A stretch of DNA of 63,986 bases, counting the filler, from Sanchytrium tribonematis (Eukaryota): assembly GCA_018985235.1 (NCBI GenBank). It is 10 parts of 10 records of this genome, joined end to end, with 100 filler letters (N's around TTAATTAATTAA, not from the genome) between each part and the next. Parts side by side here need not be neighbours in the genome. Positions count along the whole stretch, not along the records: positions 51,698 to 57,948 come from JADGIG010000538.1; positions 58,049 to 63,986 come from JADGIG010000566.1; 8 more parts are not named here. One strand, given 5' to 3'. A model generated the notes under the pieces. The model did not search any database. It was not told where the DNA came from and saw only the letters and a program-made list of their open reading frames with translations. The position numbers and the translations under genes were made by a program. Shown here piece after piece: positions 56,643 to 63,986 of this stretch. Position 1 is the stretch's first letter. The number at the start of each line of letters is the position of its first letter.

Positions 56643-57272
56643 ATGAAATTGATGCTGTTGACAATTGCATTTGGATTGATGACATCAGCTGTGGTCATTG
56701 ATACTGAACTTCCATCTTCTGACAAAGTAAATGCATTGGCGTATTCTTTACTGAATGAGGCGACTGTATGTGATTTATTGAAAGATCACTGGGAGACCTT
56801 GAATCGTTTTGCTTCATTTTTGGTGCGAAAGAGATCTGATTTGGAAATGCTATATGCGAATGACGGGTACGTGGAGACAATAATCCCATCAGAGTTTGAG
56901 AAATATAGACCAGCCGCCATTTTTGTTGTAAAGCAATTAACTGGTTCTATTAGTGACTCTCACAAGTTGAAAAAACGAGGGAAAAAAAGAGATTTGGTAA
57001 TTTATACACTTTTGTCGGCAATCTTAATAGCTGGCTGTGTTGGGATCTCATACGGCTTAAATAAGTTCAGACTAACGCATGCGCTAGATACGCGTAGCTG
57101 TACAAATTTAAACCCTAAAGAAGAATGGAAGTGCAATAATTCCTCGGAACATTGGAATATGACAGGATTGGTCATTTTGTCATTTTTTGACGCTGTAGTT
57201 CTTTTTTTCGGACTTTTTTTTGGATATTTATCTACCAAGACAGCTCGACAACTTTTTGATGAGCTATCATAA
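56643..57272 (+). CDS. Signal-peptide / KR-site / two-TM family member 4
   Basis: MKLMLLTIAFG...KLKKR, then TM, C..C loop and TM. Confidence 0.7.
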   Translation: MKLMLLTIAFGLMTSAVVIDTELPSSDKVNALAYSLLNEATVCDLLKDHWETLNRFASFLVRKRSDLEMLYANDGYVETIIPSEFEKYRPAAIFVVKQLTGSISDSHKLKKRGKKRDLVIYTLLSAILIAGCVGISYGLNKFRLTHALDTRSCTNLNPKEEWKCNNSSEHWNMTGLVILSFFDAVVLFFGLFFGYLSTKTARQLFDELS

Positions 57273-57502
57273 TCGTAAAATAAATCAATATAAATTAAAA
57301 AAAATAAAAACTACCAGATTAAATGAAAATCGATTGAATCTCCAATGGTAGCAGGAAATTCATCACTATAATGGGAATAATGGGACTGGATATTAGCTGT
57401 TGCGACTGTATAAGTGTTGATACAATTGATCAAGAATCCAATACTCAAAATAGTTACATGATATACCCTTTAGCAAGATATCCCCCCATTTTAGGGGGAA
57501 AC

Positions 57503-57948
57503 ATGAAATTTCTTTTTTTGACAATTACCATTGTAATGTCGCTATCCACTATAAATGAATATGGTCACCAACTCCTCAGTAATTTAAGTCCTATACAAAT
57601 CACTTTCATCAAGACCATAATACAGGCCAGTCAAACGAGTGAAATGGATCCTATTGTTTTTATTCAGAAATATCAGAATGAATTGACTGAATTGAATGTT
57701 TCAATCAATCAATTCATGGATAGTAATGAAATTAACAAGATGATGCTATCTGAAAAAGATCAATTAAAGTTGTCGGGTATTCTTTCATTGATTTGTCCCA
57801 AAAAATTAAAGAAACGCGAATCAGGTAATCCAAATATCATGTATGCAGCCATATTCGCAGCAGTCATTTCATTTATTGGTGGATGTGTCTCTTTAAAACA
57901 TTCATTGGATTTAAATTGCAATTCTAATTGTGATAATCGTTTTGAAAT
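57503..57948 (+). CDS. Signal-peptide / KR-site / two-TM family member 5, 3' truncated
   Basis: MKFLFLTITI...KLKKR, then TM and Cys loop. Confidence 0.65.
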
Positions 57949-58048
57949 NNNNNNNNNNNNNNNNNNNNNNNNNNNNNNNNNNNNNNNNNNNNTTAATTAA
58001 TTAANNNNNNNNNNNNNNNNNNNNNNNNNNNNNNNNNNNNNNNNNNNN

Positions 58049-58408
58049 TTTTAATTCTTTTTTATAGCGATCTAGCATTGATTTGGTATCATCTGTTGAT
58101 CCTGATTCATAAATACTAATAAATATATTCGGATTAAAGGTGATTAAATGATTTAAATTTATGATTAAATATGGCAATATCTCTTGATTATTATGTAAAT
58201 TAATGGCGATATACCATTTATAATGCTGTAGATATGCATATCTATCCATATAAATGGGTTGACAGACTAAATCATAATTAGATTGGATATTTGAATGATT
58301 TATAGGCGTATTTATAGATATATTGGGGATATGATATGATTTATCATAAGATAATAAATATAGAAATATGAGAAATAAACTCAAATAAATGTGATATCGT
58401 CGTTTCAT
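58049..58408 (-). CDS. CAP59-like (GT69) mannosyltransferase N-terminus, 3' truncated
   Basis: Type II TM anchor; YIAINLHNNQEILP and FISIYESGSTDDTK motifs. Confidence 0.8.
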
Positions 58409-58447
58409 TACTTACAAGCCTCATTTATTTTGAAATTGTTTTCATTT

Positions 58448-59504
58448 TCATTGCAAGTATTGGGGTAGCACATTTTGCTCAATGACTACAAAACAGTTCC
58501 AGTTGTATTCCTTTACATTTTTAAATGTAAATGATGAAAAGTACATATGTAGTTGTCGTTGCTCTAATTTAATATTTTCATTGGAAAATAAAGCTCTTAG
58601 GACATTGCAATTATTGTATTTAATCAATCCATAAAACAAATGCTTTGCTTGGATAGGGTTTAAACGGTGAGACTTGATTTCCATTTGTCTGCTTTGGGAT
58701 GTTGGTGCACACTTGGGAATGGCTGATCAAAATAAGATGGTTGATAATGAGCTGCTAATTTGGTATTTAATTCTATCTGATTAAATCGACTAGAGGCTAC
58801 AAGTGCCCATTGAGTTTGAATCGCATAAATCTTATGTATTTCTATATCACAGGAATGAAGCGACTTTTCCAAATCAGATTTTATTAATAATTTATCACCA
58901 AATTCAGATTTAGCGGCAAACAAGATTTTGAGAAATTCACATTTTCGTTTAATGCGTTGAAAAACAGTTCAATGAGTTCGGCATTGACTAATTCTAGAAA
59001 GTCAGACAGCATTGGTTTTGATTCATCATCTGAATTAATAGATTGAAATTGAGAGACAAAAACATCCCATAACTTTCGAAATTTTGGATTTGGCGTTTCT
59101 TGTAGGATCTTTATAAATTTGTAAACCCCATCGAAATAATAATATTTCACAGAGTATCTGATTAAGGATTTCATGAATCTTTGAATTGAAATCCAATGAG
59201 TTTGTGGTTCTACATCTCTGTTAATATATTTTTCATAAAACTCATTTAATACGCCAATTCCTGCATTTTCCGATAAATATACTACATATCTGACGACAAT
59301 GTCTTTTTCATCATCTTTTAAAATTACAATGTCTTGCTTTTCATAATAAATTTCCATTTCCAGGAACAATCTCTCTTCTGGCCATTTTGTTTGTTGAAAT
59401 TGATCCATAAAACTAGAAGATGTCTCCAATGCATCCCTCTGTTCCAATATAGACCTCAACTCATCTGTCCAACTTGCAAATACCATTAAAACAACCAAAT
59501 ACAT
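58448..59504 (-). pseudogene. Frameshifted paralog of the secreted protein at 59571-60836
   Basis: Shared WTDEL, FM.SLI.YS, GVYKF and KSE.GD.LL blocks spread over three frames. No tiny GT-AG intron at the breaks. Confidence 0.65.
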
Positions 59505-59570
59505 TTACAAATATTTGTATTTTTCAAGGAGTATTTGTGTTCAACTTTAAAATCAATTCCGCGTTGCACA

Positions 59571-60836
59571 TCATTTATTTTTACGACTCTGTAATAATCG
59601 TATGAATTTGCGTATTCTAGTCCTAGTAAATACGTCATCATATGGATTTATCTGATAATTCTGTAGCACATTTAATATTTTAGATTTTTCACTCTTTTTC
59701 ACTCGAATGTGTTTCTTATTGCCATGATTCACTATATATTTGAATAATTGTCTATTGAATGCACTTTTGGGTGATTTTTCCATATCAAATATATGCTGTA
59801 CAAGCTCAAATGTGAAATCAAATGGCATTTGTAATTTCAAAATATCATCAACACAATTGGGATGATTTCTCATTAAATAACTTGTCAAATCAACACTACT
59901 AACTTGAATATCATTGAATAAATACTTGAATGCCTTGCAATGATTGTAGTTAACCAGTAAATAAAAGAGATTCTTGATATTTTCATGAGATAATTCAGAT
60001 GCTTTGATTTGATTCAGTAATGAACGGATAGATTGAATATTATGTATAATGGGTAATTCAGGTATAATTGAAATGTGTGTATTCAAATGAAATGGTTTAA
60101 AATGAGTTGCTAATATTCGTGAGATTTGAATTTGGTTTGGAAATGCACTTGTTTTAACCAGTGATAATTGGATTTGAATGGCATATATGGCATCTATTTG
60201 TGATTGATTACAAATTTCAATGGCATTTCTCGCTAATAATGCATCACCATATTCAGATTTAGTGGCAAATATCAGATTTAATAATTTGCATCTTTGAGTA
60301 TTATTTAGTTCATAATAGATTAATTTGAGTAAAGAGGGACGATTGATGAGTAATGGGTAATCAGAGAGTAATACTTTGGATTCATGAGACTCAATAGATT
60401 TAAAATGAGGAATAAAGATTTCAAAGATTTCATTGAAATTGGAAAATGAAATTAAAGATTGCCGATACATAAAATGTACGAATTTGTAGACACCCACCAT
60501 ATAGTGATTATGAATGGAATAATCTATCAAAGATGACATGAATTGAAAATGAGGAAGAAATTTGCGATTATATAAATTATCTATTAAATTACTAAAATAT
60601 AGAGTGGATAATAATGCAGCATATCCCACAATAATGATTTTTTGATCATTGGATAAGAAATGGATGGGAATACCAAATATATTCTGATCTATTTTGGATA
60701 ATATAGTGGCATCCGTCCATTTCATTTGTAAATCTTGCCATTTTATAGAATTGGATTTCATCATGAGATTCTGTTGATTTATAATGGCAACTAGTTCATC
60801 TGTCCAATGTGCAAATAGCAATGTCAACCAATGCAT
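59571..60836 (-). CDS. Hypothetical secreted helical protein (WTDEL family)
   Basis: Short hydrophobic leader MHWLTLLFA, a 421-aa ORF and an adjacent tandem paralog. Confidence 0.65.
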   Translation of the reverse strand: MHWLTLLFAHWTDELVAIINQQNLMMKSNSIKWQDLQMKWTDATILSKIDQNIFGIPIHFLSNDQKIIIVGYAALLSTLYFSNLIDNLYNRKFLPHFQFMSSLIDYSIHNHYMVGVYKFVHFMYRQSLISFSNFNEIFEIFIPHFKSIESHESKVLLSDYPLLINRPSLLKLIYYELNNTQRCKLLNLIFATKSEYGDALLARNAIEICNQSQIDAIYAIQIQLSLVKTSAFPNQIQISRILATHFKPFHLNTHISIIPELPIIHNIQSIRSLLNQIKASELSHENIKNLFYLLVNYNHCKAFKYLFNDIQVSSVDLTSYLMRNHPNCVDDILKLQMPFDFTFELVQHIFDMEKSPKSAFNRQLFKYIVNHGNKKHIRVKKSEKSKILNVLQNYQINPYDDVFTRTRIRKFIRLLQSRKNK

Positions 60837-61069
60837 ATTTGTAAAGAGGGGAAATGTCAAATATTTTTAGTAAAAATGACTCGCGTTGGCAATTTCATTC
60901 AACGTGTTGTTCACTTGAATTTCATCGTTTCAATCTCAAGGGTCTTTTGTACTCAAATTTTTACAATGTCATCTGTAACGCGTTAGGCCATATGATCTGA
61001 AGGGCCGTAAACCGCAAAATAGCACTATGTTGCACAGGAAAGATGTTAGAATTGGAATAATTTTACTTA

Positions 61070-63986
61070 TTATAGTAAGCCAAACAGTTTCAAAAAATCA
61101 TCCATAGTATAATGACGGACACATTGCAAAGGCCATGTAGGTCTTAGGAATTTCACGGAATCCCCATTTCGTACTCTTGACATTGCCACATATAGTTGTT
61201 GGGGTACCCAGAAGTTACGAATGTTTCCGACAATAATTTTATCCAAAGTCAAGCCTTAATAAATAGTAAGTACCTTGAGTTTTATGCACAGTAGTTGCGT
61301 ATGCGGGTACAATAGGAATTTGATATAAATGCCAGTCTTCTATTGTTTCCCTTTTTGGTGTTAAGGTTGTTAATAGTGGTCCATCCCTGGATACGAATTC
61401 GACTTTAACCCAGTGTTCAATATTTGTCATGCAAATTTCTCTGACTGTTCCAAATGATCCATTTACTAGCCCGTTTGTTACATCTATGTTATTTAGAAGC
61501 ATTACTTTACAACCAACACAAATTTTTAATTCTGGAATATATCTAAATTGGTTTTTAATACTATCAGCAGCTTGATTATAATTTGATAAAGGAAATTGGT
61601 TTCCTTGAATATCGAAATACTTAAAAGTAAATATAGGATTGTCAGAAGTTGTTATTGTATTCAAACGGTTTTCGTTAAAATTTTTACATTGCTCTCTTCT
61701 GGCAAATACATATGGATCCGGCAGTGTATAGTCTGATATCAATCTTTCGTTTACAAAAGTAAGTAGTTCTTGTAATACAATAGGAGTATTGTCATAAAAT
61801 GAGTGAAGCATTGTTAGTAAATGTGAATCTTGAGATCTTTCATTTATAGTTAATTCGTGTGATATAAAATGTGTAAACCATGCTGATGTTTCAATCGGCT
61901 CATCTAAGACAGCTGGTAATTGTTTTGAGTCACCGAAAAGAATAACTTTAATACTTTGGCAATTTTGTTGATTTAAGATACGCATAATGAAATCAAAAAG
62001 CGACTTTCCAATCATACTAAACTCATCAATAATTATATAATCAATGTCCTTTAATGACGTTGTATTTGAAAACAGAGTTGAAACCCAATCGTTTTGTAAT
62101 TTAGTAATTCTTAGAAGCGAATGAACGGTACTACCACCAATTAGATAGGCGGCAACCCCAGTAGATGCAGTAAGTTTGCAAACCTTGCCTTGAGTATGTA
62201 ATGCATATGACAGTGTACGTAACAAATAGGTTTTGCCAGTTCCAGGACCACCTGTCACCAAATGAAATCTATTATCACTGTTCATGATATTATTATACAC
62301 ATTATATTGTGAATTATTAAGATCCGTCATTGAGGGGTGAAATTGTTGTAATGTGAGATTATACATGTTTACCAGTCTTGTATAAAGATCATCTGGATAA
62401 TTATCTGTGTGTAAAAGCTCTGGCCCGTGATCTTGTTCGAATTGTTGATCGAGATTAACTAATTCACTATAAAAATTCAATACAAATTGTCGATACGGCT
62501 GTGTATTATTAAGTAATAAATATGGATCTCGAAACGGATTTGCTTTCAATATAATTTGGGCATAGTATTTATCACCTGCCCATTCAGTGTAGTAAGGAAA
62601 CAAGCGAACAACTAGTTCTGTATTACACTTTTGCCATTGCTGACCGTCATAATCCCAAAGTACGGTACCGCGATAGCTTCTAGGCGCTTTTTTGTATTGT
62701 TGAAAATATTCAATAATTGTTAAATTTTCTAATGAGTTATGCCTTTTACAATATAGATCAACTGCATTGTCATAATATATATCTTCATCTTCATCATTAA
62801 GTGCTGCTATTCTATTTACTGGTTGTAACGTTCGTTGCTCTAATAGTGTATAGCACAATTGAATAGGTACAACTTTTGTACTAAATTGTGCAATGTTGTT
62901 GCCCATAGTGTAATGACTTACCTCATGCGTAGAAATATTTCGGTACGTCAAATATCGTCTTGCATAATTAGTTTCATCGATTTCTACGGAAAAAGGCTCA
63001 TCTTTTGTCATATATTTGGAAATATAAAATGCCACGTTTTCTGAAGTAACCAATTTTACATCCATATTACCTCTCCAAGCTTTTAAAAATGCAGGGTGAT
63101 AGTTATTTATCATGACTTCGTTACGAGATCGAGCAATTACAAAAACATCGTTTTCGGCATCATATTGTGATATAGTACTAACTGGTTGAGGAAAATGAAA
63201 TCTACAAGTTCCATTACGTAAGCAATAGTTTGTAGAGCATGAATGAGTTTGATATTTTTTAACAAGCCAAAACAATTCCGGATCTTCATTTACATCTGGA
63301 ATAGATGCTTTTACACCTGGCAACAAAGAAATTAAATCAAAATTGTTAAGCCACAATAACAAATGAACATGAACAGTTCCTCTTTGCTGAAACTCAAATC
63401 TTCGAAAAAAGTGTGTAACATCATACCCTAAATACCCATTGTCTTTAATGTATTTGCACATTGCTTGTAATCTTTCATAACAAAAGTGATTTGTTAACCA
63501 AGGATTTTGAATGTGTGCAGGTAATGTATTATTGTCTTCTAGAGTACCAAACTGTTTTAGATATAAACTCAAAGAAAGCCAATTGGATTCATCGCAACTA
63601 AATGTTAAATACAAGCTTGGCACTCCAATTGTTTTAATAAAAGCAAAAATGTTGCCTTTTATTTTCCTCATATATTGTGATCCACCTCTAATAGTTACCG
63701 GAATAGTTGATGTTACTTCGTCATCATAAATAGTTTCATCGTTATAATTAGACTGTTGTAGAACTGCTCTTGCATTAATTGCCCCTCTGTGTTCACTAGC
63801 AGCATTATTTCTAGTTATTCGCCTATGATTATATGCAATTTTGGTATACTCTTGAATATCAAAATGATAAAAAATCCAACTCCATTCATTTCGAAACCGC
63901 GGATCTTCATGAAAGCATAAATTTTTTATTTTAGTAGAGTGTTTTCCGTCAATTGGAAAATTAAATTCACAGCCTTCTGGAAACAA
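61070..63986 (-). mobile_element. Helitron-type RepHel gene (HUH Rep + PIF1 helicase), 5' truncated; exons 63986-61274 and 61254-61070
   Basis: Rep motifs YLTFSC, EFQQRGTVHVHLLLW and YISKY. Helicase motifs GGPGTGKT, IDEFSM, GDSKQLPAV, HKTQG|LTLD and YVAMSRV. Confidence 0.92.
61255..61273 (-). other. 19-nt spliceosomal intron GTACTTACTATTTATTAAG
   Basis: Removal restores the PIF1 motif HKTQGLTLD and attaches the YVAMSR exon. Confidence 0.93.

Noticed and set aside
1..63986. CRISPR arrays, rRNA, tRNA or prokaryotic operons
   Set aside because: None recognisable. The genes are eukaryotic, and the tight spacing reflects compaction.

Overview
This window is not continuous DNA. It is ten contigs of about 6 kb (apparently sorted by length) joined by artificial 100-nt spacers (N44-TTAATTAATTAA-N44). 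The source is an AT-rich, extremely compact eukaryote using the standard genetic code, most likely an early-diverging fungus (CBM18 chitin-binding protein, CAP59-like mannosyltransferase, Kex1-like peptidase, TKL-Sel1 kinase). A sanchytrid-like parasite is a guess only. Housekeeping genes include two TFIIIC subunits, Sly1, Vps33, Kae1, PDA1, a cullin, RPA43, RIB4, NDUFAF7, UAP1, EBP2, TERT, RPC5, Cym1/PreP, GRASP and MDH. Mobile elements include an APE-RT non-LTR retrotransposon, a Helitron RepHel gene and a contig of decayed Gypsy, Tc1 and LINE fragments. The main signal is that the apparent frameshifts in conserved genes are removed exactly by 19-nt (18-20 nt) GT-AG spliceosomal introns with a branch-like A fixed 6 nt from the 3' end; one of these lies inside the Helitron helicase. 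Also notable: divergent genes with start codons only 2-15 nt apart, a CTCC/GGAG motif just upstream of ATGs, a 58-Cys four-module metallothionein, an MLKL-like/kinase/Sel1 protein, a bacterial-looking aminotransferase with tiny introns, and a clustered family of signal-peptide/KR-site/two-TM precursor proteins.
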